The notes below the pieces were generated by a model. That model was given only the letters and a program-made list of their open reading frames with translations, made no database searches and was not told the DNA's origin. Positions 6,428 to 14,506 of a stretch of DNA of 44,830 bases are shown one piece after another (the stretch's first letter is position 1; each line of letters opens with the position of its first letter). The translations under genes were made by a program, and so were the position numbers. The stretch is from a virus. Lineage: Duplodnaviria > Caudoviricetes. The stretch spans positions 1 through 44,830 of the IMG/VR virus record IMGVR_UViG_3300029318_000015. The stretch is one strand, 5' to 3'.

Positions 6428-6655
6428 TTAGACTTTTCCGTTCTCCATGTCAATCAATTTTTGACGAGATTTTACGGCAAGTTCAACAGCGTGTAATGCG
6501 TCCAAGATTGCCATGCCTTGCGTAATGCTTAGAGTCGTGTCGCCTTCGGTATTCGTTGACTTGGCAAGGTAACGAAGGTTACCCAATGCTTTTGAGAGAG
6601 AAAGACCGAGATCCAACTCGGTGTCTAATTTTTTTCTTATTGCGTAGTCTATCAT
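6428..6655 (-). CDS. hypothetical helical protein (start revised from 6799)
   Basis: MIDYAIRKKLDTELDLG...; starts 4 nt after the stop of 6660..6836. Confidence 0.7.
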   Translation of the reverse strand: MIDYAIRKKLDTELDLGLSLSKALGNLRYLAKSTNTEGDTTLSITQGMAILDALHAVELAVKSRQKLIDMENGKV

Positions 6656-6659
6656 ATTA

Positions 6660-6836
6660 TTATGCTCCGTCCATGTAATGAGATTTATGCTCTTCCCAAG
6701 CTTCTTCGATTTGTTTAAGAGTCCAAACATTGCCCCCAACATCTTCGTACATATGAGTGCCCGTTTCGACATCAAAAAAAATGTGGTCAAAGATTGCAAG
6801 TTCTTCTTCCATGAATTCTATTAGTTCTAATTTCAT
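6660..6836 (-). CDS. 58-aa protein, divergent paralog B of the WECPGGHxW family (not in ORF track)
   Basis: MKLELIEFMEEELAIFDHIFFDVETGTHMYEDVGGNVWTLKQIEEAWEEHKSHYMDGA*; AGAAAGG upstream. Confidence 0.7.
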   Translation of the reverse strand: MKLELIEFMEEELAIFDHIFFDVETGTHMYEDVGGNVWTLKQIEEAWEEHKSHYMDGA

Positions 6837-6844
6837 ATTTTACC

Positions 6845-6873
6845 TTTCTAATCTATTTTAAAAACTTTGTCAA
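6845..6873 (-). promoter_or_regulatory. possible sigma70-like early promoter
   Basis: TTGACA-N17-TAGAAA-N8-ATG(6836). Confidence 0.5.
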
Positions 6874-7091
6874 GCATTTCTCTCAACTGATCTCCAACCA
6901 AAAGCACGAACTTGATCCTCGTGGCGAGCTTGTGGCAAGAGGCTTTTAAGCGTCTCGATGCGAGCAAGAATCCACTTGCGAGTGTCGCCTGTGGCAGGTA
7001 CAAACTCACGCAGATCGTGGTCGAAGTGGTCGCAATCAAGGCGACGCTCGAGGCTTTCAATGTCGAATTTAATTTCTTCTGTTTTACTCAT
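6870..7091 (-). CDS. hypothetical protein
   Basis: 73 aa ORF directly after promoter. Confidence 0.75.
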   Translation of the reverse strand: MSKTEEIKFDIESLERRLDCDHFDHDLREFVPATGDTRKWILARIETLKSLLPQARHEDQVRAFGWRSVERNA

Positions 7092-7097
7092 ATTATT

Positions 7098-7126
7098 ACT
7101 CTAAGAAAATTTTTGTTGAATTGCAA
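7098..7126 (-). promoter_or_regulatory. sigma70-like early promoter (leaderless geometry)
   Basis: TTGCAA-N17-TAGAGT-N6-ATG(7091). Confidence 0.75.
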
Positions 7127-7138
7127 GAAAAAAGATAA

Positions 7139-7315
7139 TTATTTTTCTAAAGAACATAAAAAATTTTTTAATTCCACTGCTTGTTTAATCATTTCCCAAT
7201 TCCAAACATGACCACCTGGACATTCCCAAAGGTCGGAAGTCTCGGACATCGGACTTGCTTGGATACGGACAAGATCGTTATCTTGAATGAATTGTTGTAT
7301 TTCTTTATCTAACAT
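7139..7315 (-). CDS. 58-aa WECPGGHxW-motif protein (paralog C; not in ORF track)
   Basis: MLDKEIQQFIQDNDLVRIQASPMSETSDLWECPGGHVWNWEMIKQAVELKNFLCSLEK*. Confidence 0.75.
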   Translation of the reverse strand: MLDKEIQQFIQDNDLVRIQASPMSETSDLWECPGGHVWNWEMIKQAVELKNFLCSLEK

Positions 7316-7321
7316 ATTTAT

Positions 7322-7350
7322 ACTCTCTCATATAAATTAACAAAAGTCAA
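7322..7350 (-). promoter_or_regulatory. possible sigma70-like early promoter (leaderless geometry)
   Basis: TTGACT-N17-GAGAGT-N6-ATG(7315). Confidence 0.55.
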
Positions 7351-7608
7351 ATTTTTTTTCAATTATTTCGCAACTATTTTCCTGCACGATCCCCCTACCC
7401 GTTTTATGAATCGAAAAGGTCAACTTTATTTCAGAATAGGGCGGGGGGTGGTAATTTTCAAAATCAAAATATAAATTCATAATTTACAATAATTAGTAAA
7501 GTCAAAAAAAATCGGCGCCTATTTTCAAAAACAAGCATTATATCTTATAAAAAAAGGAAAAAAAGAAAAATTAATAGAAATTGCCCCGAATCCCTAATAA
7601 TATTAGAT

Positions 7609-7878
7609 ATGGATAAAAACGAAGTTGTTTTAGAAATCGCCAATGACATACTAAATAGTTTGAACATTGGACAAATTGTTAACGTTTTGCGTGATCACTC
7701 ACTCAATCAAGCGAATGCTTATTACGACGGCTTGAGCGACGAGCAAAGATCCGAAATTGAAGAGAAAATTCTCGAAAATCGCAAGAAAGCTGAAGCGGCC
7801 CAGAAAGAGGCTGAAGAAGCAGCTAGCCAAAAAGAAGAAGAAGAAAAACCAGCAGAAGATCTAGAAGTAGTTTCTTAA
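7609..7878 (+). CDS. hypothetical protein with charged C-terminal tail
   Basis: 89 aa ORF. Confidence 0.75.
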   Translation: MDKNEVVLEIANDILNSLNIGQIVNVLRDHSLNQANAYYDGLSDEQRSEIEEKILENRKKAEAAQKEAEEAASQKEEEEKPAEDLEVVS

Positions 7879-8105
7879 GCCTGGACATGATAGTTGGTTT
7901 TTCTAAACCTGGCTATCACAGATTCTTTACCGTGTAACTGAAGAGATACACAACTAAAGCCCGCTATATCTAAGCGGGTTTTTAGTATCGGCAGGAATTT
8001 AACGGGCAAGTTCATTATAAAGAATTCCCGATTATCGCTTTTAGGATCTGCGATCAAGATTTCGTAGCAAAATTCCCAGCAAAAGTTATAGATCGAATTT
8101 TCCAT
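7875..8105 (-). CDS. hypothetical protein
   Basis: 76 aa ORF overlapping the end of 8086..8334. Confidence 0.6.
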   Translation of the reverse strand: MENSIYNFCWEFCYEILIADPKSDNREFFIMNLPVKFLPILKTRLDIAGFSCVSLQLHGKESVIARFRKTNYHVQA

Positions 8106-8334
8106 TTGATTTTTGGATTAATTCATAAACTAATTTAGTTTCTCCATCAATCATCAATTCAGCGGGCGTTCTTCCATTCTCGGATGCAATTGGCGTATTG
8201 AGCCAAATCGTTGATCCATATATGGAATATTTTTTTGCTATCAACTTCATGATATCATATTTCGTTGGCTGCGTTTCCCCTATCGATAGCTCGACGTTTT
8301 TGTCTGTCTTTTTGACTTTTGGTTTTTTGCTCAC
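8086..8334 (-). CDS. antitoxin Xre/MbcA/ParS C-terminal (DUF2384-like) domain protein
   Basis: WLNTPIASENGRTPAELMIDGETKLVYELI matches the WLxxPxxxLxGxxPxxL pattern; GTG start 9 nt after a GTGTA motif. Confidence 0.7.
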   Translation of the reverse strand: MSKKPKVKKTDKNVELSIGETQPTKYDIMKLIAKKYSIYGSTIWLNTPIASENGRTPAELMIDGETKLVYELIQKSNGKFDL

Positions 8335-8343
8335 AATAATATT

Positions 8344-8348
8344 TACAC
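8344..8348 (-). promoter_or_regulatory. GTGTA late-promoter-like motif
   Basis: GTGTA-N9-GTG(8334); divergent from a + strand copy at 8396-8400. Confidence 0.5.
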
Positions 8349-8429
8349 TAATTAATTTATTTTACTAAAAAGATTTGATTAATTCAATAAATGGCGTGTA
8401 TTATATTGAAAATACTTTTATATAATAAC

Positions 8430-9137
8430 ATGTCAAAAAAAGACAAGGTAGAAATACCACAACTAAAACTAACGTTCAAGGTTAACAACCTTCGATTAAC
8501 TGAGAAGCAAAAAATATTTTTAGCTTTAGCATTACAAGAGGAAACTAATATCATGTTTGTGAGTGGACCAGCTGGTTCAACCAAAACATATATGGCAGTT
8601 TATGCGGCATTAAGGCATTTAAGCGCAGATGATGATTTAGATATGTTTTACGTCCGTACAGTGATTGAAAGTGCAGATAAAGGTCTTGGAGCGCTTCCAG
8701 GAAGCGTGGAAGAAAAAATCAATCCATACATGGCACCTCTTGAAGACAAGTTAATGGAAATGTTGCCACAAAACAAAACAGTCCGCAGAGAATTGATTGA
8801 CAGTGGAAGAATCCAAGCTATGCCAATTAACTTTTTGCGCGGGGCGAGTTGGAAGGACAAAGTTGTTGTTGCAGACGAGGCTCAAAACTTTACTTTTAAA
8901 GAATTAACGACATTAATTACAAGATTGGGGCATAACAGTAAATTATTTATTTGCGGCGATTTTATGCAGAGTGATATTAATGGAAAAAGCGGCTATGCCG
9001 ATATGTTTAATTTATTCAAAGACCAAGAAAGTCAAGACAATGGAATTCACTGTTTTAGTTTTAATAAAAATGACATTTTAAGAAGTGAGTTGCAAAAGTA
9101 TATCATAGGTAAATTAGAGGATAATTATAAAAAATAG
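8430..9137 (+). CDS. phoH: PhoH-family ATPase (start probably 8430)
   Basis: GPAGSTKT (variant Walker A), LGALPGSVEEKINPY, FLRGAS, DEAQN, LITRLG, GDFMQSD. Confidence 0.92.
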   Translation: MSKKDKVEIPQLKLTFKVNNLRLTEKQKIFLALALQEETNIMFVSGPAGSTKTYMAVYAALRHLSADDDLDMFYVRTVIESADKGLGALPGSVEEKINPYMAPLEDKLMEMLPQNKTVRRELIDSGRIQAMPINFLRGASWKDKVVVADEAQNFTFKELTTLITRLGHNSKLFICGDFMQSDINGKSGYADMFNLFKDQESQDNGIHCFSFNKNDILRSELQKYIIGKLEDNYKK

Positions 9138-9151
9138 TGTATCATTAATTA

Positions 9152-9742
9152 ATGATAGATTTAACGCCAATACTCGCAGCGGTAATTACCGCCTTCGCTA
9201 CAGTCGCTAGTGTTCTTATGGGTCAAAGACTCATGAATCGAAAACAAAAGGACTGCGTTATTCGCGAAACTTCCCAAAACGCGAATGTATATACAGCTCT
9301 TCAATATATCATGGAGCAAATGAAAGCAGATCGCGGTTATATTTTAGAATTTCACAATGGAGAGATATATTTTTCGGGGCGTGGACAACAAAAATTTAGT
9401 TGCACACATGAAATAGTAGAAGAAGGAATTAGTCCTGAATCTCATAATTCTCAAAATCATAGAGTATCTAATTATCATAGTTATGTTAATGAAATTGTCA
9501 CAAATGGCTATTTTGTATATGACGACATTAGAAATATAAAAGACCAAGGCTTTTATCAAATGATCAAAAGAAAAGGTATACAAAGTATTTATAATGTACC
9601 AATCAAAACATTAGATGGTAAAATTATAGGAATTTTGGGCGTTGATTATGTAAAAGGTCCAATGCCAGAGCAAGCTCACGATGACGAAATAAATAGTTTC
9701 ATGCGTCGCCAAGCTCGTACAATTGCTGGTTATTTAATTTAA
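9152..9742 (+). CDS. N-terminal TM + GAF-domain protein, possible T4 holin T-like
   Basis: One hydrophobic helix (aa 5-24), then ADRGYILEFHNG...VPIKTLDGKIIGILGVDY, a GAF-like signature. Confidence 0.6.
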   Translation: MIDLTPILAAVITAFATVASVLMGQRLMNRKQKDCVIRETSQNANVYTALQYIMEQMKADRGYILEFHNGEIYFSGRGQQKFSCTHEIVEEGISPESHNSQNHRVSNYHSYVNEIVTNGYFVYDDIRNIKDQGFYQMIKRKGIQSIYNVPIKTLDGKIIGILGVDYVKGPMPEQAHDDEINSFMRRQARTIAGYLI

Positions 9743-9781
9743 TTCATTAGAAAATATAGTGCAATAATCATATCATAAAGT

Positions 9782-10156
9782 ATGATTACCGAATTCTGCA
9801 TGAACTGTGGCGCTAAGATTCAATATGCGTTAAAAAAACCTAATTTCTGCTCATCTTGTGGTACTCCGTTAAATAAAACCGAAGAGTCAAATGTGGAAGC
9901 ACAAGCTCAGGAAGAGATTGAGCCAGAACCTGAAGAAAAAGTTTCGAAGATATCAAAATTAGATTATTCAATTAGCACAGATCAAAATAAATTAACATTT
10001 GGGGATCTTGTTTCTCAAGCTTCTCAAGATTCAAAAACTGAATATCAAAAAGGCTCTATTCGCCCAAAAGCGGATTACGACCCAAAAGAAGATGTCGTAA
10101 AGTCAACCATGCAGCAATGTCGATCACGAAAAGATCCAGAAGACATCAGTGGCTAA
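9782..10156 (+). CDS. zinc-ribbon protein
   Basis: FCMNCG...NFCSSCGTPL. Confidence 0.8.
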   Translation: MITEFCMNCGAKIQYALKKPNFCSSCGTPLNKTEESNVEAQAQEEIEPEPEEKVSKISKLDYSISTDQNKLTFGDLVSQASQDSKTEYQKGSIRPKADYDPKEDVVKSTMQQCRSRKDPEDISG

Positions 10157-10859
10157 AAAAACGACATACGAAGACCATCAGGAGACTATAGAAGAAGAAT
10201 TAAACAAGAGACAGAGTAAGTGGTTTTTAAAATCTTTGTCTTGGATTGATTTTGATGATGTAAAGCAGATTATTCGCGTTCATCTGCATAAAAAATGGGA
10301 TTTATGGGATCAATCGCGCCCACTTAAACCTTGGTTAAATAGAATCATATCTAACCAGTTAAAAAACATTCTCAGGAATTATTATAGTAATTTTGCGAAG
10401 CCATGCCTTAATTGTCCTTTTAATCAAAGTGGAGTGACTGAAGAAGATGCAGTAGGACTTTGCGGTTTTACAGAAAGTAAAACTCAATGCAATGAGTGTC
10501 CATTATATGCAAAATGGGAAAAAACAAAAAAATCCGCATACCAAATAAAAATACCATTAGCATTAGAATCCCATGACCACGAGATAAAGCATAAAAATAA
10601 TCTTTTTGAGTTAGAGCTTGCTGAGAAAAGACTTCACGCAGAAATGAAAAAAAAGCTCTCTGAAAAGCACTACAAGATTTACGAAATGCTTTTTATAGAA
10701 AACATGACAGATGAAGAGGTAGCAAAGGAATTGGGGTATAAAACATCAGAGAAAAATAGAAAAGCGGGCTATAAACAAATAAAGAATTTAAAAAAGCAAT
10801 TCAAAGACAAAGCAGAAAGAATCTTAAAAACAAAGGATATTTTTTATGGACAAGATTAA
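10149..10859 (+). CDS. phage sigma70-like factor with Cys-rich insertion (candidate late sigma)
   Basis: Region 2-like DDVKQ...WDQSRPLKPWLNRIISNQLKN; region 4 HTH LSEKHYKIYEMLFIENMTDEEVAKELGY; CLNC and CNEC insert. Confidence 0.7.
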   Translation: MAKKTTYEDHQETIEEELNKRQSKWFLKSLSWIDFDDVKQIIRVHLHKKWDLWDQSRPLKPWLNRIISNQLKNILRNYYSNFAKPCLNCPFNQSGVTEEDAVGLCGFTESKTQCNECPLYAKWEKTKKSAYQIKIPLALESHDHEIKHKNNLFELELAEKRLHAEMKKKLSEKHYKIYEMLFIENMTDEEVAKELGYKTSEKNRKAGYKQIKNLKKQFKDKAERILKTKDIFYGQD

Positions 10860-11907
10860 ATTAACTGAAGAACATAAGAAATTTATTGATGATAATTACA
10901 AAAGAATCAATAACCTAAATGAATTAACAAATGCAGTCTTTATGGGAGAAAACCTAGATGGTCGTACAAAAGAAGGCCGTGCAGTTCGTGAATACATGGC
11001 ATCGAAGGATTACAAATATAAAACTCGAAAAATAACTGCCAAGCTGCCTCCAGTGGTTTTGACTCAAGATCAGTGTGAATTTATATTAGCAAATGCAGAT
11101 GGAAAGATGAAAGCCTTAGATATGGCTAAGATTCTTTATCCTGACAAAAACATAGCACCACTCAGCAAGGAAACTCAAGCAATTAGTGATTTCTTGAAAT
11201 CTAATGCTCCTCAAAAAATAAATCCAAGAGAGAGTGCTGTTAGCGAGAAATATAAACCCATCAAAACATTTTCCGAGGCATTAAAGCTTGTAAATGAATC
11301 CACCACTCAAAACCTGGAACAGGGCAAATTGCAGGCCCAGGTAAAAAAGGGTATAGAGGCATTGATTGGATTCTTACAAGCGCCTCGACTCATACAAACC
11401 ATCAGTAATTATACAGACAAACAAGATCGGGCGTTATTTCAGGCAGAATTTATTCGCGCAACATGGGACAAGCCAGATCTCACATCAGACGAAGTCAATT
11501 TATATATCAATGTATGTATTGACTATATTAATCTTATGAATATACAAAAAGCTATAGATAAGCTTAATCATATGTTTGAAGAGTGTGAAGATCAAAGAGA
11601 TATGACTGTAAGATTGGCTGAATTGTTAAAAACAAAGAGTGATGAATATAATCAATGTGAGAAAAGAATGGAAAGCTTGATCACTAGATTAAATGGTGAC
11701 AGAGCAAAACGCGTACAAAACAAACAAAGTCAAAACGCATCAATATTAAATCTTGTACAATTATTTCAAGAGGAAGAAGAAAGAGAAGTAATGATAAAAA
11801 TAGCTGAGATGCAAAAAGCGCTTGTTGAAGAAGAAATCGCTAACATAGAGTCTATGCCTGACTGGAAGGCTAGAGTATTAGGATTAAGAAAAGGCGATGT
11901 CGCATGA
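10846..11907 (+). CDS. hypothetical protein (helical; possible packaging/terminase small subunit-related)
   Basis: 353 aa, coiled-coil C-terminus, located upstream of the terminase; function inferred from position only. Confidence 0.5.
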   Translation: MDKIKLTEEHKKFIDDNYKRINNLNELTNAVFMGENLDGRTKEGRAVREYMASKDYKYKTRKITAKLPPVVLTQDQCEFILANADGKMKALDMAKILYPDKNIAPLSKETQAISDFLKSNAPQKINPRESAVSEKYKPIKTFSEALKLVNESTTQNLEQGKLQAQVKKGIEALIGFLQAPRLIQTISNYTDKQDRALFQAEFIRATWDKPDLTSDEVNLYINVCIDYINLMNIQKAIDKLNHMFEECEDQRDMTVRLAELLKTKSDEYNQCEKRMESLITRLNGDRAKRVQNKQSQNASILNLVQLFQEEEEREVMIKIAEMQKALVEEEIANIESMPDWKARVLGLRKGDVA

Positions 11908-12526
11908 TATTACAATCCAGGATCGATCTTTCATCGGTCAACCAAATTTAGAGCGCAAGCATGATAATAGCGCTTTAGGTTTTTCATGGAGACCTGGAAG
12001 AAAGAAACAGTCGATTCTCATTAAAAACTGTAAAATCGATGCTAATGGCGCATCAGAAGGATTAAAGCTTTCTTGGTGCAGGGATGTGTTAGTGGAAAAC
12101 TGTACAATCATCGGGGGCTATGAAGATTGCGTTGATATAGTAAAAGGGCGGGATATTACATTCAGAAACTGTAAGTTCATAGCAAAAAACACAAAACATC
12201 ATTTTACAATTAAATGCATGGCGTCAAACATAATAATAAAAGATTGTGAATTTATTAATAATTTCAATCATGTATATGATGGAGCATGTGTTGATATGGG
12301 AAACTGGAGCTTATACGATACTGAAGACTTAAAAAAGACACAAGGCGTAATTATACAAAATTGCTCACTTAAAAACATGTCTTGGTATAAAAAAATACTA
12401 ACAAGAAGAATATATGCAAAATCTGCAATAATAAAACAAACATCTGGGTTTAATTTAAAAATACCTAGATTATTTGTTAAAATATTTTGGGCCTTTAAAA
12501 GATGTCAAGCGAAAAAGAAAACGTAA
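11897..12526 (+). CDS. right-handed beta-helix (pectin lyase-like) protein
   Basis: Repeated IKNCKI / VENCTI / FRNCKF / IKDCEF / IQNCSL rungs; EDCVDI. Confidence 0.75.
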   Translation: MSHDITIQDRSFIGQPNLERKHDNSALGFSWRPGRKKQSILIKNCKIDANGASEGLKLSWCRDVLVENCTIIGGYEDCVDIVKGRDITFRNCKFIAKNTKHHFTIKCMASNIIIKDCEFINNFNHVYDGACVDMGNWSLYDTEDLKKTQGVIIQNCSLKNMSWYKKILTRRIYAKSAIIKQTSGFNLKIPRLFVKIFWAFKRCQAKKKT

Positions 12527-13458
12527 CCTGTATGATATGCAAGAAAACCTTCAAAACAGAAGGGGCTCTACATAAACACCTAAAAGTCCACGATATGGAT
12601 ATGGCACAGTACTATACAACCTTTTATCCTCGTAAGAATAAACTTACTCAGGAATTACTCCCTTTCAAGAATAAACTAGACTATTTCAATACTGACTTTT
12701 CTACAAGAGCACAAATGATCAAATGGTGTGATATAAACAAAGGTAATACAGAAGTAAAAGAATATATAATACAACAACTAAAGAATAGAGTAGATAATAA
12801 AGAATTAAAGTATGCACCTAATCATTTAGAAATAGAAATAAATAATCTACCGCCAATTGATGTATATAAGGATAACTTCGGCGGTTATGGACAAGCTTGT
12901 CAACAGCTTGGCCTTGAACCAATATACAGTTCAGGAATAAAACAAAATATTCTCAAATCAGAATCAAAGATCGAAGAAATACAAATATACATTGACACCC
13001 GTGAGCAAAAGCCTCTTTCTTTTAAAAACAGTAAAAACCATAAATTGGACTTTGGAGACTATACAATGGGTGGAGAGCATTATAACTATACCTATGTTGA
13101 CCGAAAGAGCGAAAGCGACTTTAAGGGCACTCTAGGGGTCGGATTTGACCGTTTCACCAAGGAACTGGAAAGAGCAAAACAATTTAATGCTTATTTGTTT
13201 ATTGTTATAGAGCAATCTCTACCCCAATTAATTAAAAACAATAAATATTTAAAATACAAAGGTTTCAAGAGTGCTTCGAATTTAAATTATATATTTCACC
13301 GAATGAGATTATTAACTCACCAATTTAAGGGGCATTGCCAATTTGTTTTTTCTGGCAGCCGCGAAAACTCTGAATTATTAATTCCTAATTTATTATATTA
13401 TGGTAAAAATTTATGGAATGTAGATATACAATACTTTTTAGATAAATATGAAAAATGA
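12502..13458 (+). CDS. C2H2 zinc finger + ERCC4-family nuclease
   Basis: CMICKKTFKTEGALHKHLKVH; IDTREQKP, LDFGDY, VDRKSESDF. Confidence 0.85.
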   Translation: MSSEKENVTCMICKKTFKTEGALHKHLKVHDMDMAQYYTTFYPRKNKLTQELLPFKNKLDYFNTDFSTRAQMIKWCDINKGNTEVKEYIIQQLKNRVDNKELKYAPNHLEIEINNLPPIDVYKDNFGGYGQACQQLGLEPIYSSGIKQNILKSESKIEEIQIYIDTREQKPLSFKNSKNHKLDFGDYTMGGEHYNYTYVDRKSESDFKGTLGVGFDRFTKELERAKQFNAYLFIVIEQSLPQLIKNNKYLKYKGFKSASNLNYIFHRMRLLTHQFKGHCQFVFSGSRENSELLIPNLLYYGKNLWNVDIQYFLDKYEK

Positions 13459-14506
13459 ACAAGTAAACCTCCCTGACTTCGCAGTTGACGAAGTATATTC
13501 AACTCTTTCTCAATCAATGGATTGGAGTTTAAAATATTCAAACATACCTGAAACTTGGAAAACAACCAAGGGAGAAGGTATCACTATTGCTGTGATTGAT
13601 ACAGGTTTACCTGATCATCCAGATATTGGAGACAACGCAGTAGAAGGTAAAAATTGTATTACTAATGAAGATATTTATGATTATAATGGCCACCAAACAC
13701 ATTGTGTTGGTATTATTTCTGCAAAAGATAATCAACAAGGATTTGTTGGCGTAGCCCCAAATTCTAAATGCATTTGCATTAAGGCATTAGGCAAAAATGG
13801 ATCTGGAAGCAGTCTAAGTATAATTGGCGCATTAGATTATGCTATTAAAATGAAGCCCGACATCGTATCGATGTCTTTGGGTTTTCCTACAAGCAACCCT
13901 GTTATACATAATAAAATTAAAACATTATATTCTATGAATATTCCAGTTGTTTGCGCAGCTGGCAACTCAGGCAAAGCAGGAGTAAATTACCCAGCCGCGT
14001 TTCCCGAAACTATTGCAGTTGGAGCATTTGATAAATTCGGCAACATTGCTGGATTCTCTTCGCGTGGGTCTGAAGTTGACTGGGCTGCCCCAGGCGCTAA
14101 TATTATTAGTACATATTTAAACAAAGGTTATGCATCATTGAGCGGAACCTCGATGGCTTGCCCATTTATCGCTGGGATTATTGCTCTTATGCTTGCAAAG
14201 CATAACAAGCAGGAGCAAGAAACTGGCAAGAACGATTGTAAAACCGTTGCTGATATTCGACATCACTTGATTAAGTATACTAACGATAAAGGCACAGTTG
14301 GCAAAGATGAGGATTGGGGCTATGGAGTGATCGACATAGAATCCATGTTTAAAGAAGAGCAGGTTGATAGCCCAATAGAAGCTGACGAACCTGAAATTCA
14401 GCCGATTGCACCGCCAGAACCCAAAAAGAAAAAGATTAGTAAATCTTTGATGGCTTTTGGTGGAGGAATTATCGTAGCCATTATATCTTACTTTTTAAAC
14501 AAATGA
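13448..14506 (+). CDS. subtilisin-like S8 serine protease with C-terminal membrane anchor
   Basis: VIDTG, GHQTHCVGII, AAGNSG, SGTSMACP; hydrophobic C-terminus LMAFGGGIIVAIISYFL. Confidence 0.92.
   Translation: MKNEQVNLPDFAVDEVYSTLSQSMDWSLKYSNIPETWKTTKGEGITIAVIDTGLPDHPDIGDNAVEGKNCITNEDIYDYNGHQTHCVGIISAKDNQQGFVGVAPNSKCICIKALGKNGSGSSLSIIGALDYAIKMKPDIVSMSLGFPTSNPVIHNKIKTLYSMNIPVVCAAGNSGKAGVNYPAAFPETIAVGAFDKFGNIAGFSSRGSEVDWAAPGANIISTYLNKGYASLSGTSMACPFIAGIIALMLAKHNKQEQETGKNDCKTVADIRHHLIKYTNDKGTVGKDEDWGYGVIDIESMFKEEQVDSPIEADEPEIQPIAPPEPKKKKISKSLMAFGGGIIVAIISYFLNK

Noticed and set aside
148-7211. Track ORFs 148..372, 273..539, 1644..1880, 2087..2284, 3369..3578, 4169..4381, 4191..4415, 4837..5058, 6848..7060, 6912..7211
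   Set aside because: They overlap better-supported genes that have promoters and coupled starts, or they cross regulatory elements.
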